60,000 nucleotides of DNA from assembly GCF_037042905.1 (NCBI RefSeq), contig NC_087263.1, forward strand, positions 10,418,001 through 10,478,000, written 5' to 3'. Under the pieces are notes generated by a model. That model was given only the letters and a program-made list of their open reading frames with translations. It did no database searches and was not told the origin of the DNA. Of the stretch, positions 26,201 through 36,950 are shown one piece after another. The DNA is from Lytechinus pictus. Its lineage: Eukaryota. The first letter of the stretch is position 1; every line of letters begins with the position of its first letter. The position numbers were made by a program, and so were the translations under genes.

Positions 26201-29200
26201 CTCTTCTATTGCTAGTCCTATTTTACTCAAACTTTTGTTGATCTTATTCTTTGATTTGTCTGCTTTCACAAAAGCTAACTTGCTCCAAGAGTTTCATTCT
26301 CCTTTAATATTCTCTACTCTAGTGGCACACTTCTAACAGCTGAGAGCTTTTTTCCAGAGGATACAAATTTCAAATCCCAGCTTTAGCTAGAGCTCCTGCT
26401 CAATGCAAAGGCCTTGATATAATTTGTTCATTATTAACAGCTTTTATTTTCAGTGCTTTGAACAGGTTTTTTTCTTCTTTTTTGTTGAATAATGATTCAC
26501 AGTCAGCCCTTTATTTGCTGATGAGCTGAAGGTGTTCTTAAGAAATTAATTATTAAACCTCTTTTTCAAGGTACAGTATTTATTTCAATCCCATCAGATG
26601 GATGTTGAATGGAAATCCAAGGAAAGGGATTTTACCTAATTGTAAATTCATGAGTAGTCTACCTTTAAGCATTCAGCGATCGTTCTCTAGCAAGTGATCA
26701 ATCGATGTCTCTTTAATATGTGAGGACATTTGCTGTATAAACCTGTGCCTGCTGGCCCTTTAAACACTACATGTAGAGGTACAGTGCTTTTGGAAGGGTT
26801 CCATGTAAATCGTTTTTTGTCTTTAATCCTCAAATTGGCAAAATCATATATTTTGTAAAAAAAATAGGCAAGTCCACCTCAGCGAAAAAGTTTATTTGAA
26901 TGGAAAGAGTAAATTTTTATCAAACTAGCATAATGCCCAAAATTTTATCAAAAATCAGATGCAAAAGTTATGATGGTTTAAAGTTTCGGTATGCAAATGA
27001 GATAATCAATGTATTATATGACAGTATATTATATGACAAAATAGTAATGCCAGTCCAACCTCAGACAAATAAGTCCAGCTAAACAGTATACTTACTCAAA
27101 GCCTGGTATATTATAATATGCATTCATATAGCGCCATCTATCTAGAAATAATCTATTCCGAGGTGCAGTGTTTACTAATATTATTACCCTTGTTTTAGCT
27201 CAAGCTGCCTTTCAGCGCTCAGTGCATTCAAGGAATTAATCCTGCCGGGCACCCATTTACCTCACCTTGGTTGAGTGCAGCACAATGTGGATAAATTTCT
27301 TGCTGAAGGAAATTACGCCATGGCTGGGATTCGAACCCACGACCCTCTGTTTCAAAGTCAGAAGACTAATCCACTGGGCTACAACGATCCACATTATTAT
27401 TATTATATATTTTTATATTATCCTACAGGTACACTACCTCATCGCCACAAGATCGTCATCGCAGGTAACCATGAACTTACCTTTGATCAACAGCTCATGT
27501 CAGAAAGGAATAGCCATGTCTTCATGAGCTTTGCCTCAGCGTTTGAAGGTAACCCTGTCACACTCTTGCAAGTTTGCACTTTAAAAGGGGGGAAGTTCAC
27601 CCTGATGAAAAGTTATTAAAAAATGCCAGAAAAAATTATAAAAAGATATTGGTGAAGATTTGAGGAAAATCCATGAAAGATTAAGAAAGTAATTCAAATT
27701 TTAAGTTTTTGATTTGTGACGTCATATACGAGTACATGTAGCTGTCCCAAATGTTATATGATGTAGAATGTATGAATTCCATTTTTTTTTTTATACATGT
27801 AGTTCATGAAAATTAAAATTTTCTTCTGTCAAGAGCCGGTATGAAATTCTCTGTCTGTTGATATATAGCACTTGAAGGTACAATAAAAACAATTTTCTTT
27901 TTTTTTTTGAAAATGACATTTTATTGATTTTTGTATTAAATTCATGATAACATGGGAAGCTGCTCGAATATGACATCATAAATTTAAAAATTGAAATTCT
28001 AATAAAAACTTTTTACATTTTGATGAATTTTCCCCAAACATGTACATCTTTAATAAAGGGATGCTCCAGGCTGAAAATATTCATGCTTGCATAAATAGAG
28101 CACAATATACAGTCGAGAGTAAAGTGCTGAAAATTTGATCAAAATCAGATAACAAAGTTATTGAATTTCAAAGATTTGCATTATTCCAGTGAAACAGTTC
28201 TAGTCTTGTCTTCAAGAATATTCATTAAGTGGGCTGATGATGTCTATCCCCACTTGTTCTTTTGTATTTTATTATATGAAATTAGGTTTATTCAAAAAGA
28301 TTTCTACCAAGAATTAAAACAATTGGTTTGACAAGTGATTACGTGCATTAGTTATTTACTGCCGCAACTTAATTTATCATAATGGAGACATATCATTTAC
28401 ACATGCATGAACAAAAATAGAACATTTATGATTTCATGTAATAACATAAGAAAAAGGAAAGTGGGGATGTGACATCATCAGCCCACCTAGTGAATATTCA
28501 TGACGACGTGCATATAACTGTTTTCACAAAATTACGCTAAACTTTAACATTCAATAACTTCGTTATTTGTAATCCGATTTAGATGAAATTTCAGCATTTT
28601 GCTTTGTGAATTTTAATCTATTTATTTAGATATAAATATTCTCAGCCCGGAGCATCCCTTTAAGCTTGAGTAAATCCCCCAAAAGTACATGTCACCATTC
28701 CATTTTGGCTTCTACCATCATATTGGGCCCCCCAAAAAATTCTAGAAACATCGGGTCCAGCTTACCCAACTTTTTCTATATTTGACTGTAATTTTCGCAA
28801 ATTAAGTAATTTGGACCTGACCTTTCGGAATTTAAGGGGGCCCTTTTCTCAACTGGTCGGGCATACTGGACCCGATGGTTCAGGAATGGAGGGAGCCCTT
28901 TACATGAAGGTCAGGTTAATCTATTTCCTGACCAGACACAATAACCTTGGTCCCGTAACACAAAGGTTAAGGGGCCATTCCACAGAGAGCAAGACCGCTG
29001 AAAGACCTTTCAAAGACCATGAATTTTGGTCGATCTTACAGAGGTCTCTCAATGAACCTACAATGGTCTTTGAGGTCTTATACGAGTCCTGACCAATCTT
29101 TCAGCGGTCTTCGTGGTCTTCATGGGCTCCAAAACTTTTTGAAACGGTTCAAAACAGTCTTACAACGGTCTTACAAGAAAAAGGTCTTTCAGTGGTCTTT

Positions 29201-32200
29201 CAGCGGTCTTTCAGCAGTCCTTCGATGAACTTTCAAAGGTCTTAATAGTCTTTCAATGATCTTTCGGCAGTCTCACAAGATTTTTGCGGAGATCACTGTA
29301 AGACTCCTGAGAGATCATTGAAAGACCATTGAAAGACCAGGCAAAGTCCATGGAAAGAATTCTGAAAGATCACTTGTTGCATAAAAGATCTCTGAAAGAC
29401 CATTGAAAGATCTCTGTAAGACTACTCTAAGACCAGTAAGACAAGAAATATCCATCAGTCTTTCAGAGTTCTTTGAGGGGTCTTTCTGAGCCATTCCACA
29501 GAGATGACAAATTTCAGTGATCTTGAAGACCGCTGTAAGACCTCATCAATTTTAAGTCTTTCAGTGGTCTTTCAACGGTCTCCGTTCTGTGGAATGGGGG
29601 CCTTAGCGATTAATCGTACGATTGATTTTCACGATCAATTGTACATTGTAGTCAATGGAATCAACCGTAGAAAAATGTTCTACGATCATTGCTAAGCTTT
29701 GTGTTACGGGCCCCCGATGTGATGGCACAAGCCCCATTTAAAAATACTTAGTCTGTAGATTATATTAATGCATGTGCCCCGAAAAGATTGTACAGTACCT
29801 GGTGTGAAGGATTTGAAACTAAAAGTATTTTTTGTTCGATAAATTTACAGATTTTAATTTGATTTGGTGCCTTATCTAAATAGAAGATATAAATATATAT
29901 TTTTTTGTTTATGTAAAACACCTTCTCGAGCATGGAATGGACCGAATAAATTTCAGTATATAATCTTGCAAAATAACCACACAGAAGATAACCAACATGG
30001 ATAAGCACACATGGGACAATGTATTATTATTGCTTGGAAAAAGACCTGATATCTGGCTTGAAATGTCTCATTAATTTCACATTTTCTACCAGAACTATTT
30101 GACACATATTTTTCATATTACATGCAAACACATTTTATAGGATTCTCTTTTAAATGATTGTAAGATTGTAACAAGTGGAATTTGACTTTAATTTATATTT
30201 CAATATTATTTCTTTTGGCACAGGACTCAAGAAAAATGAATGGAAGGAAATTCGATCTCTACTTACAAACTGTACCTACTTAGAAGACTCTCAGACACAT
30301 GTGATGGGATTCAAGATCTATGGATCACCATGGTAACTCACTCTTTTCTGATTTTCTCCTTTTTGTATTTTTGTTCTTTTCTATTCTTCCTATATGATTT
30401 ATAGTTACAGCCCTCAAGCTCTTAATAATGTCTCTTCTTCTCTCTTTATTTGGTGAATTGTCTCCATTTCTGGCTGTCTATCTCTTTGTAAATGTAAGAG
30501 ATTTTTAGCACTATCTTTCTGGCTTGCTTCCGTTTTGTTTCAGTTTTTTTTAAATCTCTATATCAAATTCATTGATTGTTCTAGTTTTACTCCCGGCCCT
30601 TAAATGTACACCCTTCCCCTGATCTACTTTCTTGTCTACTTTTTTATGAGATTATGAGGATTAAGGGGTGTCTATAATGATAGGCCCTAATAACAATAAT
30701 AACGTCATATTTTACCCAGGGTAGCCACTTCAGTTCTAAAAACTGTTCTTCCAGCGGGCCCTGCTTAACTTGATTATATTATTATTACCCCAGCTTTAGC
30801 ACGGCTACCTTGATCGGGCGCTCGAGCATTCGAGGAATTTCTTCCTACCGGGTACCCATTCACCGCACCTGGGTCGAGTGCAGCACAATGCGGGTTAATT
30901 TCTTGCTGAAGAAAATACGCCATGGCTTGGATTCGAACCCACATCCCTCCAATTGAAAGACAAGAGTCGTAACCACTAGACCACGACGCCCCCACATTGC
31001 TTTGGTTGCCCTGTTGATTTGCCTCATTACCCTCTAATTAGGTGGATCCACAATACGGTGCGCCATCTATCAATTGCAGTGGACTGGCGGAAATTCGCAA
31101 TGCCTCATTGGAAAAAGTCTACATCTGTGGGGCGCGCTAGTATTCAAGTGCATGCATGCGTGCTATTTTTTCAGCGCTAGCCGACACGCTCGACTGTATT
31201 AAGCTGTTCATAAGGGTCCAGGAGGTGGGAGAGAAATTTGCCCCTGTATTTCTTTGCAAGATTTTGACCGTTTTTTTGTGAATTCTTGCCATATGGTTTT
31301 CATATTTGAAGCATCACAGTCATGTAAGAGTACACTAGCACTGTGCGCTGCCTGCACCTGATGTCGACCCTGAAGAAATTTTGCCCGTTCGCTGCAACCG
31401 ATAGATGGCGTACCATATTGCAAATCCACTGAATTGGCTATGGATATTTTGCGTGCCATTCAAATTTTTTTATTTCAAATATTTGGGACATGGAAATAGT
31501 TCCTTTGACTTTCGTTTAGTTTATTGGTTTGTTGCTTCGCCAGGCACAGAAAAGCAATCAGCCTTTCTCAAACTGGTGATATCTTCTAGTTATTGTATTT
31601 TTTGTTCTTACTATCTTTTCTTTCTTTGTTTACAGGCAACCAGTGTTCTGCGATTGGGGTTTTAATTTACCCAGAGGCCAAGCCCTTCTAGATAAATGGA
31701 ACAAGATTCCTGAGGATACTGACATTCTGATTACCCATGGGCCACCACTTGGTAAATTTATGTGTAGTATAACGATAATAATGCCCAGTATTTTTATTTA
31801 TATGCCAATTGACTTTATTTTAGCAGGACAGCATTTTCTACCATTGCCCTGCACAAATTGTAATTGGTACATGAAACAAATATTGACTGCTCTTTTTTTC
31901 GAGCAGTGATCTTAAGAATTAAGTCCGACTATTTAAATAGTAGGCCTTATAGAAAGAGGTTTTAGTAATTCCCTCACGACCAGTCATGGTTTTTTTTTTT
32001 TAGAGTTCTGATTGAATTTTGCAGCCTTTGGTTTTGTAGCAGACAGTATGATACCACATTTCAGACCTGGGTCCCAATTCATAAAGAGTTACAACATACT
32101 GTTGTAACTTTGCCATTATGGCAACTACCATGGTACCCTTGATTTTGATTGGCTTCTGAGCCATGTTACCATGGTAGTTGCCGTAATGTCAAAGTTCCAA

Positions 32201-33233
32201 CAGTTGTACCATAACTCTTTATGAAACAGGCCCCTGATTATTGTGTCTCTTGGGTTATTGAATCTACATGCACTGTTAGCACTAAGTATTGTGCAGTATA
32301 ACTTATAACATCGCATGAACTTGATACAACTGAAGCAATTGCCATGTAAGTATTGAGCATTTTTAGATGAATGTAATAGCATGTGATGATGATATTAAGC
32401 TTTTATATGGAGCTTAAAGGTAAAAGAAAGTGACTGCAGCTAACAATTATTTCATGAGAAAGCTTTCAAAGTCAAGGTTTAATAATTACCACCATATTAT
32501 CATATATTTAGATTGGTACATTGAAATCAACACATCTTTGTGAAATCATGAAATCTTAGCTGAAAACTGATAACTAACATAAAAAGGCAAATTTGGGCAT
32601 ATTGGTTGGAAAAATACTCAACATTTTATGGAATTCCATCCTTATTTTGCTCATTTCTCAGCAATTACACATTTTTTTCCAGACCCAATGGGCACATATC
32701 TTTTTATTTATACATACAAACACTTGGGTGGTCATTTTCTTGGATTCTGGTTGAACTCATTTGGAGATCGTTACCACAACTGGTATTTATCTTTAATACA
32801 TCGGAACGACTTCTCTAAGATTTTTACAGAAATATCCTTACCCTAGTCATCGGATAATGCCATGACCATGTACACTGCCTGAGGAGTATTCTAACAAAAA
32901 TTTCAAAAAAATATATTGTCAGAAATACTGGTATCTTATATGCATTGAAAACTATCTTTTCCTCCTTGTCCTCTTGTAGGTCATGGGGATCTAGCAAGCA
33001 ACGGCTGTCGGGCGGGGTGTGTGGAGCTCTTGTCTACCGTCCAGCGACGTGTCCGCCCAAAATACCACGTCTTCGGCCACATCCACGAGGGCTACGGGGT
33101 CACGACAGATGGCCAAACGACGTTCGTCAATGCTGCAATATGTGATGTTCATTACCGTCCGTGCAATCCCCCCATAGTTTTCGATCTTCCAACGCCTCGG
33201 GTTCCGACGGTAGAAGCTGAAAGCTCAGTGTAA
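6551..33233 (+). CDS. MPPED1: Metallophosphoesterase domain-containing protein (MPPED1/MPPED2 co-orthologue), spliced: join(6551..6561,7760..7944,[12267..12413 or 13005..13154],27429..27548,30224..30332,31636..31751,32980..33233)
   Basis: All introns are GT-AG with compatible phases; 942 nt (313 aa) with exon 3A. Family motifs RFVCISDTH, HAGDFT, KIVIAGNHELTFD, WGFNLPRGQALLDKW, THGPPLG, GCVELL..VQRRVRPK.HVFGHIHEGYG and NPPIVFDLP are present in order. The His in GHIHE is MPPED1-like. Confidence 0.93.
7044..7489. mobile_element. Non-autonomous DNA element with short TIR and 9-bp TSD
   Basis: GATGTGACC flanks both sides (7035-7043 and 7490-7498); termini TAGAC...GTCTA. Confidence 0.55.
7760..7944 (+). 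CDS. MPPED1: MPPED coding exon 2
   Basis: TTCCTTCCAG| acceptor and AG|GTGAAT donor; encodes ...ITVHPETRNPTRVW...PIDPATPKPR, homologous to the MPPED N-terminus (ITV...NPT...TPKP). Confidence 0.88.
8019..8511. mobile_element. Nested hAT-like non-autonomous element
   Basis: 8-bp TSD GTTTAAAG (8011-8018, 8512-8519); imperfect TIR CACTTGTTCA/TGAATGAGTG. Confidence 0.65.
8597..9334. mobile_element. Nested MITE (CAGGGGGTGTTTCACAAAGATTTA TIR)
   Basis: The TIR reappears as TCTTTGTGAAACATCCCCCTG at 9314-9334; the right arm is split by a further insertion. Confidence 0.65.
8769..9312. mobile_element. Kolobok-like MITE (TTAA TSD, AGG...CCT termini), innermost nested element
   Basis: TTAA-AGGGGAATCCA...TGGATTCCCCT-TTAA with long imperfect inverted arms. 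Confidence 0.7.
12267..12413 (+). CDS. MPPED1: MPPED exon 3A (metal-ligand-intact variant, 147 nt, phase 1-1)
   Basis: TGCCAG| acceptor and AG|GTGAGT donor; DHVRFVCISDTHSKTGAMPEIPDGDVLIHAGDFTKISRRKEVVNFNEFL keeps the DxH and GD motifs. Confidence 0.92.
13005..13154 (+). CDS. MPPED1: MPPED exon 3B (tandem duplicate, candidate mutually exclusive exon, 150 nt, phase 1-1)
   Basis: AAAG| acceptor with an upstream pyrimidine tract (12956-12982) and AG|GTAAGT donor; GHTRFVCTSDTFSKTTYLSKVVPPGDVFIHAGSFNNIGLPREVTAFNEFL, no stops, same phases as 3A. Confidence 0.8.
13621..14223. mobile_element. Kolobok-like MITE (TTAA TSD)
   Basis: TTAA-AGGTCAAGTCCACCTCAGAAAA ... TTTTCTGAGGTGGACTTGACCT-TTAA, long TIRs. 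Confidence 0.8.
15895..17629. repeat. (ATC)n-derived composite satellite with a ~390-bp higher-order unit
   Basis: The marker CTATTTCTTCTACCCTTCTA recurs at about 16201, 16593 and 16982 (periods 392 and 389); diverged copies on both flanks. Confidence 0.9.
17630..18212. mobile_element. Kolobok-like MITE (TTAA TSD)
   Basis: TTAA-AGGGATGGTCCGGGCTGAAA ... TTTCAGCCCGGACCATCCCT-TTAA. Confidence 0.8.
18550..18828. mobile_element. MITE of the GGGCCCC.TCTTACAAAGAGTT family
   Basis: Inverted termini; related copies at about 36982-37402 and 39596-39852, and a partial copy at 34165-34196. Confidence 0.7.
19382..20330 (+). mobile_element. tRNA-derived SINE interrupted by a ~670-bp insertion (about 19530-20200)
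   Basis: A-box TGGTCTAGTGG and B-box-like GGTTTGAATCC; the core ...GACCCAGGTGAGGTGAATGGGTACC resumes at about 20203 as GGCAGGATTAATTCCTTGAATGC and ends in a (TAT)n tail. Confidence 0.75.
20886..21370. repeat. Purine-rich (GAA/GGA/GA) low-complexity tract
   Basis: Nearly pure A/G on the plus strand, with GAAGAAGAAGGA units. Confidence 0.9.
22328..23022. mobile_element. Kolobok-like MITE containing a short SINE/LINE 3'-tail insertion (about 22888-22972)
   Basis: TTAA-AGGACAAGTCCA ... TGGACTTGACCT-TTAA; the insert AGCAGGGCCCGCTGGGAGAACAG...(TAT)n matches the tail at 30690-30765. Confidence 0.75.
23359..23929. mobile_element. MITE with CCCGGGGG termini and 8-bp TSD
   Basis: TSD GGAAAAGT (23351-23358, 23930-23937); inverted arms CATTGACGAGTGGATACCATGCGCGACC / GGTCGCGCATGGTATCCACTCGTCAATG. 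Confidence 0.85.
24192..25695. mobile_element. hAT-like non-autonomous element with internal tandem repeats
   Basis: TIR CAGTGGCGTA...TACGCCACTG; 8-bp TSD TGTAATAT (24184-24191, 25696-25703); internal ~345-bp duplicated block with repeated GCGAGCGCGAAGCGCGAGC. Confidence 0.85.
25716..26307. mobile_element. Kolobok-like MITE (TTAA TSD)
   Basis: TTAA-AGGAGAATGAAAC ... GTTTCATTCTCCT-TTAA with long inverted arms. Confidence 0.8.
27110..27390 (-). mobile_element. tRNA-derived SINE
   Basis: Reverse complement of the 19382 family (GGTTCGAATCCCAGCCATGGCG...AAATGGGTGCCCGGCAGG). Confidence 0.75.
27429..27548 (+). CDS. MPPED1: MPPED coding exon 4 (GNHE motif)
   Basis: CTACAG| ... GAAG|GTAACC; GTLPHRHKIVIAGNHELTFDQQLMSERNSHVFMSFASAFE. 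Confidence 0.9.
28053..28663. mobile_element. Kolobok-like MITE (same family as 17630)
   Basis: AGGGATGCTCCAGGCTGA ... TCAGCCCGGAGCATCCCT-TTAA. Confidence 0.75.
28949..29712. mobile_element. Small MITE (CCCGTAACACAAAG TIR) split by a fold-back element (about 28970-29603) rich in AAGACC/GGTCTT
   Basis: Outer TIR CCCGTAACACAAAG/CTTTGTGTTACGGG; inner TIR CCATTCCACAGA/TCTGTGGAATGG. Confidence 0.65.
30224..30332 (+). CDS. MPPED1: MPPED coding exon 5
   Basis: GCACAG| ... TG|GTAACT; GLKKNEWKEIRSLLTNCTYLEDSQTHVMGFKIYGSP(W), matching the family pattern SLLTN..YL.DS...V.GF.IYG.PW. Not in the ORF track. Confidence 0.9.
30690..30995 (-). mobile_element. tRNA-derived SINE with a GGGCCCGCTGG...GGCTACCCTGG 3' tail
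   Basis: A-box TGGTCTAGTGG and B-box GGTTCGAATCC on the minus strand; same core as the other copies. Confidence 0.75.
31038..31432. mobile_element. MITE-like element
   Basis: Imperfect TIR GTGGAT..CAATACGGTGCGCCATCTATC / GATAGATGGCGTACCATATTG..ATCCAC. Confidence 0.55.
31636..31751 (+). CDS. MPPED1: MPPED coding exon 6 (THGPP motif)
   Basis: TTTACAG| ... TTG|GTAAAT; QPVFCDWGFNLPRGQALLDKWNKIPEDTDILITHGPPL. Confidence 0.92.
32980..33233 (+). CDS. MPPED1: MPPED terminal coding exon 7 (GHIHE motif, stop TAA)
   Basis: CTTGTAG| acceptor; GHGDLASNGCRAGCVELLSTVQRRVRPKYHVFGHIHEGYG...NPPIVFDLPTPRVPTVEAESSV*. Confidence 0.92.
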
Positions 33234-33734
33234 CACGGAATGTTAAATATGTAATATGTTTTATTTATACCTCTATGAAAATGATAGCACTGCTCGGAAA
33301 CTTGCGACTGGCTCAAGGAATGGTCTGGCCTGTATAACACAGAGCTTTAGTTATTGATTGTATAAGTTGATTTGTATTATTGATTGTACAGTATGACCTA
33401 CACATGCAATCAATCATCATGATATTAATAATAATAATAATGCTAACATTTGTAGGACGCTTTATACGGGTGTTTCAAAGCGGACACTGAGGTGGGCTGA
33501 CTAAAGTAAACAATGAATCCAGGAAAAAAAAAGTCATAAAACAATTTGCCTTATGGTTGGTCAATAATGCCTCATTAACGTGTGAGACAATTATCGTATG
33601 ATGGCTTAGTCTTTGTTTTGTTTTTTGAGGGGGGGGGGGCATCCTAGGCGGCTACGGGCCACGATGTTTGCATTTACCGGTGTGTTGTTTACAGTCATGC
33701 AATTTTATGCATGAGGCAACTTAGAGGCCCAACA

Positions 33735-34047
33735 TGGAGGGTTGTGGCGCAGTGGATTAGTCTTCTGACTTTGAAACTGAGGCTCGTGGGTTCAAATCCC
33801 AGCCATGGCGTATTTTCCTTGAGCAAGAAATGGATCCACATTGTGCTGCACTTAACCCAGGTGAGATGAATGGCTACCTGGCAGGAAGTTATTCCTTGAA
33901 ATGCCTCCGCGCCGTGAAAGGCTGCTGGAGTTGTTGCTGCTGGGCTAAAGCCAGGGTAATAATATCCAAGTTCTTTGGAAGTTCATAGGGACATTATGTC
34001 ATGATGTGATGTGCGCTACACAAGAACTGTGTTATCGCTAGTATTAT
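33735..34047 (+). mobile_element. tRNA-derived SINE
   Basis: TGGCGCAGTGG A-box, GGTTCAAATCC B-box, shared core. Confidence 0.7.
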
Positions 34048-35911
34048 TCTAAAATCAAAGCCATACGGAAGCCATGAACTTTTGGTTGATTACAGGATGT
34101 CTGTTTAATATATCACATTCTTTGATGATGGTATGGATGGATTTCTATACAGTCGAGATTGGTTGGATCAATCGTAACTCTTTGTAAGATGGGCCCAAGG
34201 CTTTATTGATCAACACCTACATGCACTGTAATGCTACCGTCACACCGACGAAACTGACTCCAAAACCGATCGTTGGTTTGTCGTTGAAACTAACATCAAA
34301 GCTTCTATTGATTTGGAGCCATCGGTTTTGTTTGTATGACTGCGGTATAACTCGAAATGTACGTTTACTAGTCATAGATGTAGGAGACAGCTGTGCAATA
34401 TACTGAATGAATGTACTCGTTCTTTTATAATGATGGATGTGTGGGAAGTTACCAGGGATGTGTATCCGAGGCTGGCACTTCCGAATCACGAGGCTAGTGA
34501 AAAATCATTCTCCTGTAGACTTTGTACAGGTGGCTCGGCCCGAGACCTAGGCTGGGAAAGTGTGGCCGAGAGGCCGGCCTTGACTTCATTATTGGAAGCT
34601 AATTCATGTGTTCACTCTTATTGATGGTTTCACAAAGGCAAATGTGTTTATTGATCCATCTTGTGTGCTATAAAAGGCTGTCGGGCTAAATAACTCTGCC
34701 CGCTTTGTTCGACCAGTGTCACATGCAGCAGACTGCCACGTTAGAATCCAGTCACATTCTATTCACAATACACACAGCGTGCATTAAGTCTATTGTTCAT
34801 ACACACATACACGCTAGTGATGTGTGCATCGCATTGTACTGTGTACACGCAAAGCTTTTTCTTTACAGTTAACCAATCAAAAGCTATTGTGAGCTGAATA
34901 TCTTTAGGTTTCACCTTGAAATAAATGTGGCGCACGAGTGATTCTGTTCGTAGCGGGCAAAGAGTTAAACAAATGCCAGGGTAAAACTTTATCCAGATGC
35001 CTGTGTTAGGGCATGGAGACGTTACGTGGTAATGTGATGTGCTGTACAAGGCAGGATATTGTGACTATTATGGATGGATACAAAGAGCAAAGTTTGCGGG
35101 AGAAGATTCCCCATTTCTGATATCTCTTGTTCTAAATTATTCTCAGGGGTTGAGGTTTCAGCTTTGAAGATGAATTCAGATTTTTAGTCGTTAATTTGGA
35201 ACTTTCTGGTGAATTTCCTCTGTTCGAAACTACATGTATCAGTGCTTTTGCAATATCAGGGTTTTTCAGTTCTATTTATTTGTAGTCACTCATTGTGCTG
35301 TAAATTGTATTGCCCATTTTGAGCACTAATCAAAGTCATTTGAAAAGCCATAGCTTTAACTTTGTTGGCTATAAAAACTATAATTTTCTTCGTGCTTTCT
35401 TTTTTTAAAATCAAAATGAATATTTCTTAAGTGTAGATACGAGTATTGTGCAATACGTCTATGCCTGATGTCTTAATTGAAGAGTTTAAAAAGTGTTATT
35501 TTTGGGTGTGGCTCTATGCACGCAATACTAGGTGCGCGCCTGCACGGTTACAAAATTACCGCACATTTAATTAGCAAAGATTAATTCATCAAGCTCATGA
35601 ATAACCTGAAATCAGAAGGAATGACACGGAAACGGCATTATTGTTCCAAATAATTTCCTGAATTAGACATTATACAGCTGTATAGGCAATAATAGTAATA
35701 TTGACTGGCTCCTCTTTCAGGAACAACAAATATATTGCCCTTAAAAAGAACCATGTTCCCTGGTGTAAAGACTTGGGCCAATATGATTCTTTTGCCAGTC
35801 AATATTATATAATTATGCATCTTTGATTGAAATGAACATACATGTATTCAGTGTCATGTGGTGTATTACAAATATATCTTCTCACACTTCAAATCTGTTT
35901 GGAAATAGCTT

Positions 35912-36120
35912 AGGGTCATTATGGTCTAGTGGTTCTGACTTGCCTTTTCAAGCAGTAGGTCGTGGGTTCAATGACCAGCCATGATGTTTTTTTTTCAGCA
36001 AGAAATTCATCCAAACTGTGCTGCACTTGACCCAGGTGAGGTGAATGGGTACTCCAGCAGGATTTATTTTTTGAACGCTGTATAGCCTATATGGCGGCTC
36101 AGCTTCAGCAGGGATAATGA
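35912..36120 (+). mobile_element. Degraded tRNA-derived SINE
   Basis: TGGTCTAGTGG head and the GACCCAGGTGAGGTGAATGGGTAC core. Confidence 0.65.
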
Positions 36121-36799
36121 TCTAATACCAATTATCAACGCAGTAGAGTATATGATGTTCTAAGTTTGCTATGTGGATATATTAGTTTTATTTATCTATT
36201 TCTTCAGCAAGAAATTCTTCACAACTGGCAACATTCAACCTACCTAAGAAGAATGAGAATTTTTTTTTTAAAATGGGTCCTGGACTGAAAGATAGCCTTC
36301 ATGTGCATTGAGAAGGTGCCATTTGTATTTTAAAAGACAAATTACTCTATTTGGTGTTGGATCAAATGGATAGGGATTCAAAGCTTTGGATGTGGCCCAC
36401 TTGTGAAGGCCAAGCCAATTGAAGAACGATGCATACATTTATCTGCCTTTTTAGGTACATGTACATTGCTCAGCTCATGAACAGACATCTAGACATTCAC
36501 AGACCGAGCAATCAATTTGAAAATTTGGACATTGTCAGAATTAATTCTCCTGGATGTATTTCATCAATGTTTGATGTCTGTCTGGCTGTGAGATCTTACA
36601 ACCGTCCTTGGTGTTGATTGGCTGAGAAGCACTGATATCCGACTGTTACTATGGTAACTGTTGGATGACAATTTGTCAACATTGACCACTTTCATGATGT
36701 CGAATGCCGAATGACAACAAAGAATGGCAGAGAGCAAAGAAAGATGAAAAATCCATATTTTATTGTTCGAAATGGACATAAAATGAAATGCTCCAAAAA

Positions 36800-36950
36800 T
36801 TTGCTTTGCCCGATTGATCGTGGGTCGGAGGCCGCTGTGCAGCGCCAGATCAACAAGGCTCTATCCCTTTAATCGTTGACGGCCGAACAGGGTAGCAGCA
36901 ACTCCCATCTTTTAACGATTTTTGGTCTAGCGCGGCCGGGGTTTGAACTG
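36800..36950 (-). mobile_element. Truncated SINE of a second family
   Basis: Minus strand GTTCAAACCCCGGCC...AGACCAAAAATCGTTAAAAGATGGGAGTTGCTGCTACCCTG. It resembles, from memory, a Meta-domain-type SINE core. Confidence 0.4.

Noticed and set aside
13155..26700. A competing selector downstream of exon 3B for the 26721-26766 docking site
   Set aside because: Only 9-10-bp wobble-rich matches were seen (about 13440 and 14311), which is chance level by eye; a computational search is needed.
34430..34624. 64-aa ORF downstream of the MPPED stop
   Set aside because: No homology or splice signals recognised; probably 3' UTR or intergenic.
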